Positions 11,482-21,089 of a stretch of DNA of 32,000 nucleotides are shown here, in pieces. Source of the stretch: Verrucomicrobiota bacterium. Lineage in GTDB: Bacteria; Verrucomicrobiota; Verrucomicrobiia; Opitutales; LL51. The DNA is taken from positions 240,001 to 272,000 of the forward strand of contig CP095464.1 in the NCBI GenBank assembly GCA_021294815.2. The letters are read 5' to 3'. A program made the position numbers and the translations under genes. The notes under the pieces are model-generated. The model saw only the letters and a program-made list of their open reading frames with translations, was not told the origin of the DNA and did not search any database. The first letter of the stretch is position 1. Every line of letters begins with the position of its first letter.

Positions 11482-12477
11482 TTAAAGCGGCCAGTTCGGC
11501 TTAAAGTCAATTGTATCTGTTGTGTGCACGGGATCGACGGCTGCGGCAAACGCAATCATCGAGGCATTATCGCCTGTATATTTAGGTTTTGGCAAAAAGA
11601 CGGGTAATTGCATCGCCTCTCCAAGTTCTTGGACACGTTCCCGTAGCAGGCGGTTATTGGCAACTCCTCCGGATAGGCCGATACTTCCAAAATGATCATG
11701 CTGGAGCGCTTGGTGTAGTTTCCTTACTAGAACGTCGATGATCGCTCGTTGATAGCCCGCGCAAATGTCATGGAATTGTCCTTTTAATTCTGTTTCCGTT
11801 AATGCCTCGAGTCGATAGCGGAGACTTGTTTTAATCCCTGAAAAACTAAACTTCCACTCGCCATCTTGAGTAAATGCTTGCGGAAATATATATTTTCGAG
11901 CATCCCCCTGCTGCGCGTATTGTTCGATTTCTGGTCCGCCAGGATAACGCAATCCTAAGAGCTTCGCACCTTTATCAATCGCTTCGCCCGCAGCATCATC
12001 AATGGTCGCGGCCAGCACATGAATATTTAACGTCTCGTCTACAGAAGACAAAATCGTATTGCCACCCGAAACAAGTAGAGATAAATGCGGAAAGAGATTG
12101 TTTTGTTTCCGAAAGTTCAGATGTTCAATGAAGGGTGATAAAATATGTCCTCGAAGGTGATGAACTCCAACCAGCTCGCAACCTAGAGCAAGGCGTAAAC
12201 TCCAGGCAAAAGCAATTCCCAAAGCCAAACTTCCTGGCAAACCCGGGCCACAGGTAACGGCAATTTGTTGTATTTTCCGAAGATCGACCTGTTTTTGAAG
12301 ATCCTTCAGTAAAATGGGAAAATTCCTGAGGTGTTCTCGAGCAGCCAGCTGCGGTACTACCCCACCGTAGAGGGCATGTAAATCAATCTGCGAGCTCGTT
12401 TGTTCGTAAACAAATTGCCCCGCCTCCCATACCGCTAAGCCCGTGTCATCACAAGAACTCTCAACACCTAAAATCAT
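11482..12477 (-). CDS. tsaD: tRNA N6-adenosine threonylcarbamoyltransferase TsaD (Kae1/Gcp family)
   Basis: 331 aa with the family motifs MILGVESSCDDTGLAV, GVHHLRGHI, LLVSGGNT and GLSGGVANN. Confidence 0.95.
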   Translation of the reverse strand: MILGVESSCDDTGLAVWEAGQFVYEQTSSQIDLHALYGGVVPQLAAREHLRNFPILLKDLQKQVDLRKIQQIAVTCGPGLPGSLALGIAFAWSLRLALGCELVGVHHLRGHILSPFIEHLNFRKQNNLFPHLSLLVSGGNTILSSVDETLNIHVLAATIDDAAGEAIDKGAKLLGLRYPGGPEIEQYAQQGDARKYIFPQAFTQDGEWKFSFSGIKTSLRYRLEALTETELKGQFHDICAGYQRAIIDVLVRKLHQALQHDHFGSIGLSGGVANNRLLRERVQELGEAMQLPVFLPKPKYTGDNASMIAFAAAVDPVHTTDTIDFKPNWPL

Positions 12478-12737
12478 GGAACCATAAAATCAGGCTCGCG
12501 GTACTCCATCTTATCCCACTGCGGTAAAAGTTGGTCTTCCGGAATATATTTTTTCGGGAAAAATTTTTCCTTACTCGAGAGCTTCATCAGAACCGGATCC
12601 TCAGGATCGACCCGTAAATATCGAACAAAACATGTCCCTTTAGGGATAGAACACGTTAATTGCGGAAACGGTACCTGATTTAAAAACCATGAGACACCTC
12701 CTAATACCAGTAGGAAGCGCCATAGGACGCTCAACAA
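12474..12737 (-). CDS. Hypothetical small membrane-anchored protein
   Basis: 87-aa ORF starting with TTG directly after the stop of the upstream small basic protein gene. Its stop overlaps the tsaD ATG (ATGA). It has one N-terminal TM helix (VLWRFLLVLGGVSWFL). I recognise no family. Confidence 0.4.
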   Translation of the reverse strand: MLSVLWRFLLVLGGVSWFLNQVPFPQLTCSIPKGTCFVRYLRVDPEDPVLMKLSSKEKFFPKKYIPEDQLLPQWDKMEYREPDFMVP

Positions 12738-12893
12738 CTAGTCCTCCGGCTTCGTCTTCGGAAGCGCCGTTACGCGACGCCCTTCGGTCCACTGACCGCG
12801 CCGACGTAATAACTCAACGCGCTCAAAACGCTTTAAAACACACCGCTTCGCCGCATGTAGACTACCTCTTTGAAAACTCGGATGTTGGGACAT
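12738..12893 (-). CDS. Small basic protein (51 aa), resembles the conserved short Lys/Arg-rich protein family seen in PVC-type genomes
   Basis: Below the 60-aa ORF-track cutoff. My translation is MSQHPSFQRGSLHAAKRCVLKRFERVELLRRRGQWTEGRRVTALPKTKPED*. The pattern ..VLKRFERVELL..RGQW......V.GLPKTKP matches my recollection of a 'small basic protein' family. The + strand ORF 12689..12895 is its antisense shadow. Confidence 0.6.
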   Translation of the reverse strand: MSQHPSFQRGSLHAAKRCVLKRFERVELLRRRGQWTEGRRVTALPKTKPED

Positions 12894-13011
12894 GATACGC
12901 GTGTATTAAGGGATCACCGTTCGAAGAAGCAAGCTAAATTTCGCCCATACCATCGTCTCTGCGCAAAGAACTTGACACGCCAAAACGAATCCCTAGCCGT
13001 AGCGGAGTCTT

Positions 13012-13272
13012 ATGTCATTAAAGATTAGATTGCAGCGGCAAGGTCGTATCCATCATCCCGCGTATCGGATCGTTGTCGCGGAGAGTACCTGTCGTCGCGA
13101 CGGGAAGTATGTCGAGAAGCTCGGAACGTACGAGCCTCAAGCCCGAGGCAATACGGCACCGTTGATTCTCGATATTGACCGTGCAACCTACTGGATGAGC
13201 GTCGGAGCAAAACCAACTGAAACCGCTGCCCATCTTATTCGTCGTGCACGGAAATCGGTTACCGCAAAATAA
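13012..13272 (+). CDS. rpsP: 30S ribosomal protein S16
   Basis: 86 aa beginning MSLKIRLQRQGRIHHPAYRIVVAES..RDG...E.LGTY.P, which is the canonical bS16 sequence. Confidence 0.95.
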   Translation: MSLKIRLQRQGRIHHPAYRIVVAESTCRRDGKYVEKLGTYEPQARGNTAPLILDIDRATYWMSVGAKPTETAAHLIRRARKSVTAK

Positions 13273-13312
13273 CGAATTCATCGCTTGGGTCGAATTGTGT
13301 GTCGTTGTGCGT

Positions 13313-13346
13313 GCTTCCTGATTTTCGGGAGGCATTATTTTTTTCT
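13313..13346 (+). terminator. Putative rho-independent terminator after rpsP
   Basis: Stem GCTTCC (13313-18) / GGAGGC (13328-33) includes one G-U pair. It is followed by attattttttt. Confidence 0.4.
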
Positions 13347-13393
13347 TGACACAAGCTCGATTCAGGTTTAACGCTCTCTCCAAAGGAAAATCT

Positions 13394-14005
13394 ATGGGGT
13401 ACTACTTTGAAGTTTGTTTGTTAGGGATGTTGACAGGAAGTGTTCATGCGTCGGGTGTGTATTTTTCCCCGCCTCAGAGCGATAACACGGAAGCTGTATC
13501 GATTCACGAGAAGGCCGTCAAAAGTGAAGGCCACCGGAACTTTACACAAGAGGACTTAAATCGGATCGCCAATTCTATTGAGCAGTCTGAAGAAAATCAA
13601 TCGGATCCGGTACAAGCGCTCGTGCGTGCTCATCCCGAAATCGTTCTTCGCGCAACACAGCTTAATAACACGCGATTATTGGCGCTTCTGAGTAAGTGCA
13701 ATGTATCCGCACGTACGATTCCCGAGATTAACACGGCCACTGACAATCAGGGCAATGGTCCTCTTCATATCGCTGTACGACAAGGAAATTTAGAAGCGCT
13801 CGTATTGCTGTTTGTCGGCCTTGGCCTAGATCCGACGTTACGCAATAACCGTGGGTTTGATGTTTTTGGGGAAGCGGCTTTGCGACAGGACAATTTCGGC
13901 AAGCTTACATTTAACATTTTAGGCTCCCATGACCTCAAAAAGGACAAATCTCCTAATTCGAGGAAATGCCGCGTTTCCGGAGCATCACTTGACAAGTCGC
14001 TCTAA
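13394..14005 (+). CDS. Signal-peptide-bearing ankyrin-repeat protein
   Basis: The ORF track starts at a TTG at 13346. The ATG at 13394 has an upstream aaagga and yields MGYYFEVCLLGMLTGSVHA|SG, which looks like a signal peptide. The ANK consensus is visible in DNQGNGPLHIAVRQGNLEALVLLFVGLGLDPTLRNNRGFDVF, with a weaker preceding repeat. Confidence 0.65.
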   Translation: MGYYFEVCLLGMLTGSVHASGVYFSPPQSDNTEAVSIHEKAVKSEGHRNFTQEDLNRIANSIEQSEENQSDPVQALVRAHPEIVLRATQLNNTRLLALLSKCNVSARTIPEINTATDNQGNGPLHIAVRQGNLEALVLLFVGLGLDPTLRNNRGFDVFGEAALRQDNFGKLTFNILGSHDLKKDKSPNSRKCRVSGASLDKSL

Positions 14006-14027
14006 CTATCAATAATCGCCAGACTGT

Positions 14028-14786
14028 ATGAAAGAGGAGATTTCTCGGAGCAACCCCGTTTTTCAGGAACAGGTTTTTCGTAGCGTTCAGAGTAGCCCGT
14101 TTGAGGTAGTGCAAACGATGACCGCGAGCGGTGTATGTAAAAAAACCTTTATATTGCTCGGTTTACTTCTGATGACAGCAGCCTTCGCGTGGTTTCGGCC
14201 ATGCCCTCCGGAAGCGCTCTGCCAACAGATTATTCTATTTTCATTGATTGTATTTGGTCTTTGCATCGCTGTTCGCCTTTGCCCTCCTCAAGCCGCACGG
14301 ATTATCGCGCCGCTTTATGCATTAACAGAGGGATTTGTGTTCGGCGCGATTTCGCGAATCGCAGAATTGAGGGTTCCAAGTGTCGTTTCGCAAGCTGCAC
14401 TTTCAACGGTTGTTGTTTTAGCAGTTATGCTGTTCATGTATCGTCGGGGAATCATCCAGCCGACACAAAGGTTTACGCTTGTCGTTTTCTCGGCGACAGT
14501 TGCGATCGCAATTACTTATCTTCTGAGCGCTCTATTTAGCGCATTTGGTGGGGGCGGATTTTCATTTCTCCACGGAAACTCCTTACTCGGCATTGGCGTT
14601 AGCGCTGTTGTTTGTGTTGTTGCGGCGCTGAATCTCATTCTTGATTTTGGGTTTATCGAAAACCAGATTAAGAATGGTGCCCCCAAGGAGATGGAGTGGA
14701 TTGCAACGCTCGGCCTCTTTGTCACACTTCTGTGGATTTATATCGAAGTCCTCGAGCTATTGACGAAGCTCCATAGCCGCGATTAG
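14028..14786 (+). CDS. Bax-inhibitor-1-like / YccA-like integral membrane protein
   Basis: 252 aa with N-terminal SNPVF..QVF....MT..GV..KT, followed by about 7 TM helices. This architecture is typical of the BaxI_1-type family. The assignment is by pattern only. Confidence 0.6.
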   Translation: MKEEISRSNPVFQEQVFRSVQSSPFEVVQTMTASGVCKKTFILLGLLLMTAAFAWFRPCPPEALCQQIILFSLIVFGLCIAVRLCPPQAARIIAPLYALTEGFVFGAISRIAELRVPSVVSQAALSTVVVLAVMLFMYRRGIIQPTQRFTLVVFSATVAIAITYLLSALFSAFGGGGFSFLHGNSLLGIGVSAVVCVVAALNLILDFGFIENQIKNGAPKEMEWIATLGLFVTLLWIYIEVLELLTKLHSRD

Positions 14787-14809
14787 CTCCAAGACGAAAA
14801 GTTCCCCCC

Positions 14810-15775
14810 ATGCGCCTCCTCGTCATTAAGCCTTCTTCGCTCGGCGATATCGTTCACGCGATGGTCGTTGTGAGTGAACTTAAACGTCAGCGACCAGAGG
14901 TCGTCGTCGATTGGATCGCTCGGGATTGCTTTGCCGAACTCGTTAGGGCTTCGCAGATCGCACAACGGGTGCTAATTTACGAACGTCATGGCGGTTTGTT
15001 ATCGTTTTTCCGGCTACTTTCGCTGATCCGCCAAGAGACCTACGACTGCGTTTTCGATATGCAGGGCCTGGCACGTAGCGGTATTATGACACTTTTTGCA
15101 AGATCTCCTCGAAAAATCGGACGCAAAGATGCGCGCGAACTCTCGTGCTTGGCATACACTGAGACAGTCCCATATCCCGGTGCAACGCATGCGATCGATA
15201 TTCTTAAAGAATTCCTTACGACTGTCGATTGTAGCAACGAGATTTCCGGGATCGTTCCGGAATTCGAACACGTCATGTCGCCAAAATACACGGAATTTCT
15301 CAAAGAGCAAATCCCACAAAGACCCTTCGTTTGCCTCTTTCCCGAAAGTCGCGTGTCTGAAAAAGAGTGGCGGCATTTTTCAAAACTCGCCGAACTTTTA
15401 CTGTTATCGGAACCAAATCTCAACCTCCTTATCCTTGGAAGTCCCTCGCACCTTAGATTTCATTGCGAAAATTCTCGCTTATTTGACTTTCGCGGGCAAA
15501 CGTCGCTAACCGACATCGTCTTTCTCATTCGGCATGCAAGTCTCGTGATCGCAAACGACAGCGGCCCCATGCATATTTCAGCCGCTCAGGGACGTCCAAC
15601 GCTTGGGTTGTTCACCATTACGGATCCACTCCGCTTCGGCCCTTATCCTGTTTATCGCAAATCTAATGTCGCCCTACGCCTCGAAAATAAGCCTAGCGAA
15701 ATCGACCTCGTCGCTTATACCGCAATCGAAATGCTCAACGATCTTCCGGGACGCGATCGGAAATTTTCCTTGTAA
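14810..15775 (+). CDS. Glycosyltransferase family 9 (LPS heptosyltransferase-like)
   Basis: 321 aa with the family N-terminus MRLLVIKPSSLGDIVHAMVVVSELK and the C-terminal DSGPMHISAA. The specific WaaC/WaaF-type role is unresolved. Confidence 0.85.
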   Translation: MRLLVIKPSSLGDIVHAMVVVSELKRQRPEVVVDWIARDCFAELVRASQIAQRVLIYERHGGLLSFFRLLSLIRQETYDCVFDMQGLARSGIMTLFARSPRKIGRKDARELSCLAYTETVPYPGATHAIDILKEFLTTVDCSNEISGIVPEFEHVMSPKYTEFLKEQIPQRPFVCLFPESRVSEKEWRHFSKLAELLLLSEPNLNLLILGSPSHLRFHCENSRLFDFRGQTSLTDIVFLIRHASLVIANDSGPMHISAAQGRPTLGLFTITDPLRFGPYPVYRKSNVALRLENKPSEIDLVAYTAIEMLNDLPGRDRKFSL

Positions 15776-15787
15776 AACAGCGCCCAA

Positions 15788-17257
15788 ATGCTTCACCTAA
15801 AACGCATGGAATATGAAGCCGTGATTGGGTTAGAGGTCCACGTTCAGGTCAAAACGGCGACGAAATTATTCGCACGTTCGCGCTACAGTTACGGTGCTTC
15901 AATGAATACACTGACGGATCCCGTTGTTCTTGGACTTCCAGGCGCGCTACCGGTACTCAATCGCGAAGCGGTACGGCAGGCTATTCGGACAGGGCTCATT
16001 TTTCACTGTACAATTCCGGAAATCACGCGTTGGGACCGAAAAAGCTATTTTTACCCGGATAACCCCAAAAATTACCAAATTTCGCAACTCGATCAACCGA
16101 TTTGCAAAGATGGTTTCGTCGAAATCGAGCTTCCGGGCCCCGCTCGAAACATTATAGGCGAACATAAAAAAATTGCGCTTGATCGCATTCAACTCGAAGA
16201 AGATGTCGGGAAACTCACACATGACGGCGATCAGAGTCTCATTGATTTTAACCGTGCGGGCGTCCCGCTTTTGGAAATTGTCTCGCTTCCCGCAATGCGC
16301 TCTGCCGAGGAGGCGTTTGCCTATTTGACTTCGCTCCGCATGCACCTCGAGTACGCCGGCATTTCCGATTGCGATATGGAAAAAGGCCAAATGCGTTGCG
16401 ATGCCAATGTCAGTATCCGCCCCAAGGGGCAGACTGAGTTAGGTACAAAGGTAGAACTCAAGAATCTCAATTCGATTTCCGGCGTCAAAAATGGGATCGC
16501 CTATGAGATTTCGCGCCAACAAAAAATTCTATCAGATGGCGGACATATTATTCAGGAGACGCGAAAATGGGATGCTGAAAACGGTATTTCAACCTCGATG
16601 CGGACCAAAGAAACCGTCGATGATTATCGCTATTTCCCAGATCCAGATCTCGTCCCTCTTCACATTGCGCGCACTTGGGTTGATGAATTGAAACAGACAC
16701 TTCCGGAATCCCCATTCGAAAAACAAGAACGCTTTTTTGCCGACTATAGCCTGCCCTACACGATCACCTCGGTCCTATATCCCAACGCAGAGCTGTGCGC
16801 CTACTTTGAAGAGGCTGTTCAGTGCTATGATCGTCCAAAAGAAATCGCCAATTTCATCACCAATGATCTTTTACGTGAGCTTTCAGATGCACACTTGAGC
16901 ATCACGCGTGAAAATTTTCGGATATCTCCACAGCAACTTGCCGACCTTGTATGCATCACGGAGGCGGGGACAATTTCCAAACAAACGGCTCAAAATGTCT
17001 TTGCTGAGATGTTCCAATCGGGTAAAGATGCGAAAACCATTATCGATGAAAAGGGCCTCGCTCAGCTCTCGGATACGGCAGCGCTAACAGATTTTTGTCG
17101 TGCAGCAATTGAAAATAATCCGAAGGCCGTCAACGAGTACCGCGCAGGGAAATTAACAGCCATCAATGCCTTAAAAGGTAACGTGATGAAAAACACACGT
17201 GGCCAGGCCGATCCGGCGCTGACCGATAAAATTCTCCATCAACTTTTAGACCAATAA
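15788..17257 (+). CDS. gatB: Asp/Glu-tRNA(Asn/Gln) amidotransferase subunit B
   Basis: Motifs are YEAVIGLEVHVQVKT.TKLF, RCDANVS and DYRYFPDPDL, with a C-terminal YqeY-like tail. The ATG at 15806 (MEYEAVIGLE) is an equally plausible start. No gatA or gatC is adjacent. Confidence 0.95.
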   Translation: MLHLKRMEYEAVIGLEVHVQVKTATKLFARSRYSYGASMNTLTDPVVLGLPGALPVLNREAVRQAIRTGLIFHCTIPEITRWDRKSYFYPDNPKNYQISQLDQPICKDGFVEIELPGPARNIIGEHKKIALDRIQLEEDVGKLTHDGDQSLIDFNRAGVPLLEIVSLPAMRSAEEAFAYLTSLRMHLEYAGISDCDMEKGQMRCDANVSIRPKGQTELGTKVELKNLNSISGVKNGIAYEISRQQKILSDGGHIIQETRKWDAENGISTSMRTKETVDDYRYFPDPDLVPLHIARTWVDELKQTLPESPFEKQERFFADYSLPYTITSVLYPNAELCAYFEEAVQCYDRPKEIANFITNDLLRELSDAHLSITRENFRISPQQLADLVCITEAGTISKQTAQNVFAEMFQSGKDAKTIIDEKGLAQLSDTAALTDFCRAAIENNPKAVNEYRAGKLTAINALKGNVMKNTRGQADPALTDKILHQLLDQ

Positions 17258-18033
17258 TGCAGCTTATCGATACGCATTGTCACCCCGATTATTTCGGCGA
17301 TCAACTGCCGGCAGTTGTACAACGCGCTTCGGAAGCCTTCGTAACAGAGATGATTGCTTGCGGAACGAACCCCGCAGACTGGCCTATCCATCTCAAAAAC
17401 GCGACAACTTACAGCAATATTCACTACACTGTAGGCATTCACCCAACGAACATCGACAATACTTGGGAACAAAATCTCGAGGTACTGGAAACATACTGCG
17501 CGAAAACTCCAAAACCGGTTGCTATCGGCGAAATTGGCCTCGATTATCACGAAATTACCGGTGACACAGCGGCCATCATTGCCTCTCAGAAAGAAGTTTT
17601 TCGTCAACAACTACTGATAGCCAAAAGGTACGATTTGCCCGTTGTCGTTCACTCGCGTAATGCTTTTGATGATTGTTTGACAATCATTGAACAGGCAAAA
17701 GTTGATTGGCATAAAATCGTCGTACATTGTTTTTCTGAGGGTCCAGGGGCGATCAATCGTCTCAACGCCCGCGGTGCGCGTGGATCTTTTACAGGCATTA
17801 TCACGTATAAGAGTGCCGAAAATGTTCGCCAAGCGCTTCTCACACAAGGCATCGAACGCCTCATGCTTGAAACTGACAGCCCTTATTTGGCGCCAGTTCC
17901 CTATCGTTCCAAGCAAAATGAACCTGCATACGTTCGTGCCATTGCAAACTTTGCCGCGAATCTGCTCAGGATTTCCGAAGAAGAACTCTCCAGTATAACA
18001 ACGCGCAATGCTCGAGCATTTTTCAATCTGTGA
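17257..18033 (+). CDS. tatD: TatD-family metal-dependent hydrolase/DNase
   Basis: 258 aa with MQLIDTHCH, GEIGLDY, VVHSR and ETDSPYL. The ATG overlaps the gatB stop (TAATG). Confidence 0.9.
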   Translation: MQLIDTHCHPDYFGDQLPAVVQRASEAFVTEMIACGTNPADWPIHLKNATTYSNIHYTVGIHPTNIDNTWEQNLEVLETYCAKTPKPVAIGEIGLDYHEITGDTAAIIASQKEVFRQQLLIAKRYDLPVVVHSRNAFDDCLTIIEQAKVDWHKIVVHCFSEGPGAINRLNARGARGSFTGIITYKSAENVRQALLTQGIERLMLETDSPYLAPVPYRSKQNEPAYVRAIANFAANLLRISEEELSSITTRNARAFFNL

Positions 18034-18980
18034 TGTTTAAAGATTCAAGTACCCCCTCTTCGGCGATAAAGCGCTTACTCATTTTGCTCGGCTTATCTTT
18101 AGCGCTTATAATCTATGTCGCACACGAGCACAGTGCGTCGCTCTCGTTAGCTGATGTTTTATTACTCGGTACCATCCAAGGCCTTACGGAATTTCTACCA
18201 ATCTCTTCGAGTTCACATCTTCTATGCACGGAAGCACTTTTAAACATTGATGGATGCTGTAACAGCGGGCACTTTATTGCCACGGAAACCCTATTTGCGC
18301 TCGACGTCATCTTACAGCTGGGAACCGTGCTTGCCGCACTTGTCTTTTTCCGAAAAAAAATCTGGCAGTTATGGAGTGATTTCCACGAAAAACTTCGTAT
18401 TCCCAAGAAACGATCCCCTTTTTTAGAAAACGAACTCGTTTTATTAGGGGTTGCCTTTGTGCCACTCGGCGTGATGGCTTTTTCGTTTCAACACGCAATC
18501 TCTGCATTTCACCAATTGCACATGATCGCTTATGCGCTTATCGCGGGTAGTGTTCTAGCGATTGTAGCGGAGTTGTCTTGTCACCCTAAGAACGGCCAAA
18601 CTTATACACCTCTGGCATTATGGCAAGCGCTGTTCATCGGATTTTGGCAATGTCTCGCACTTATCTCCGGGATGAGTCGTTCCCTGACCACGCTGATTGG
18701 TGGATATTTTTGCGGCCTGAACCGTTACTCCGCAGTCACTTTTAGTTTTCTCCTTGGAATGCTTTCTTGCTTAGTCGCAACGGTTGCAAAACTATGGGAG
18801 GATTGGCACTTATTAACACAACAACTTTCGCTAACGACCTTTGTTGCGGGCACTTTATGTACCTTTAGTGTTGCGCTTTTGGTAATTCGGCCGTGTTTAC
18901 GTTTTCTCGTCCGTTATGGGCTATGGATCTTTGCGTTTTACCGCGTGGTACTCGCGGTGATTATTTTGCAGCTTCGGTAG
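18033..18980 (+). CDS. uppP: Undecaprenyl-diphosphate phosphatase UppP (BacA) with extra N-terminal hydrophobic segment
   Basis: Motifs are GLTEFLPISSSSHL and CLALISGMSRS. The ATG overlaps the tatD stop (TGATG), and a GTG lies at 18030. About 35 aa precede the family core and include one TM/signal-like helix (LLILLGLSLALIIYVA). No in-frame alternative start lies nearer the core. Confidence 0.85.
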   Translation: MFKDSSTPSSAIKRLLILLGLSLALIIYVAHEHSASLSLADVLLLGTIQGLTEFLPISSSSHLLCTEALLNIDGCCNSGHFIATETLFALDVILQLGTVLAALVFFRKKIWQLWSDFHEKLRIPKKRSPFLENELVLLGVAFVPLGVMAFSFQHAISAFHQLHMIAYALIAGSVLAIVAELSCHPKNGQTYTPLALWQALFIGFWQCLALISGMSRSLTTLIGGYFCGLNRYSAVTFSFLLGMLSCLVATVAKLWEDWHLLTQQLSLTTFVAGTLCTFSVALLVIRPCLRFLVRYGLWIFAFYRVVLAVIILQLR

Positions 18981-18982
18981 CG

Positions 18983-19057
18983 TGGCGCCTCCACCCAGAC
19001 TCGAACTGGGATTAACGGTTTAGGAAACCGCGGTTCTATCCCTTAAACTATGGAGAC
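18983..19057 (-). tRNA. tRNA-Arg (anticodon CCT), CCA encoded
   Basis: The reverse complement is GTCTCCATAGTTTAAGGGATAGAACCGCGGTTTCCTAAACCGTTAATCCCAGTTCGAGTCTGGGTGGAGGCGCCA. It folds with acceptor GTCTCCA/TGGAGGC (one G-U pair), anticodon loop TTCCTAA and T arm CCCAG-TTCGAGT-CTGGG. Confidence 0.85.
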
Positions 19058-19089
19058 CTACGCGCAAGCAAATGGAATTTCGTCCGATG

Positions 19090-20592
<1,503 letters not shown>

Positions 20593-20615
20593 ATCTTTTC
20601 CCTAATTAAAAATTC

Positions 20616-21089
20616 TTAACGTCGCTTCGCCGGTAAGTCCTCCATCTCCGCATCCGCCGCGCGCTCCTCTTCAATGCGAACCTGTTCGCGCCACACATCC
20701 TTCATCGTCTCGATCTTATCAATGTTGCGCTCGGCTTCGCGTAGAGCTTTTCGACTTTCCTCTAGGTGCTCCTTCGCTTTATCACAGGCTAAAATCGCAT
20801 CCTCAACGCGCTTCATGTAATCGAAAATTTTATTCTGTAACTCTTTGATGAGAAAGTTCAGATTATCGATCTCACGCTTGTTGATGCTCTTGCGCATAAC
20901 CTGATCGTAGAGCCGTTGCGACTCCTGAATGACAAATAATTTGTAGTCCTCTAGCTCCTGCTGCGCTTTGACAATCGCCTGTTCCGCTTCGCGTACGAGC
21001 TGCTGCGCCTCGTGAAGCACCTTCTCCGCACGGTCTTTGCGGATTTCACGAACCCGTAACAGGTCGTCTAACTCGTACTTCCGCGCCAT
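20616..21089 (-). CDS. sctO: T3SS stalk protein SctO (YscO/FliJ-like coiled coil)
   Basis: 157 aa, all-helical, with charged heptad-rich sequence (LLRVREIRKDRAEKVLHEAQQLVREAEQAIVKAQQELEDYK). Its ATG overlaps the sctN stop (TAATG). The position after the ATPase is canonical. Confidence 0.7.
   Translation of the reverse strand: MARKYELDDLLRVREIRKDRAEKVLHEAQQLVREAEQAIVKAQQELEDYKLFVIQESQRLYDQVMRKSINKREIDNLNFLIKELQNKIFDYMKRVEDAILACDKAKEHLEESRKALREAERNIDKIETMKDVWREQVRIEEERAADAEMEDLPAKRR

Noticed and set aside
12689..12895. 68-aa + strand ORF
   Set aside because: It lies exactly antisense to the small basic protein gene, whose sequence is family-like and fits the minus-strand operon.
13018..13383. 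121-aa and 63-aa minus-strand ORFs
   Set aside because: They are antisense to rpsP, which is unambiguous.
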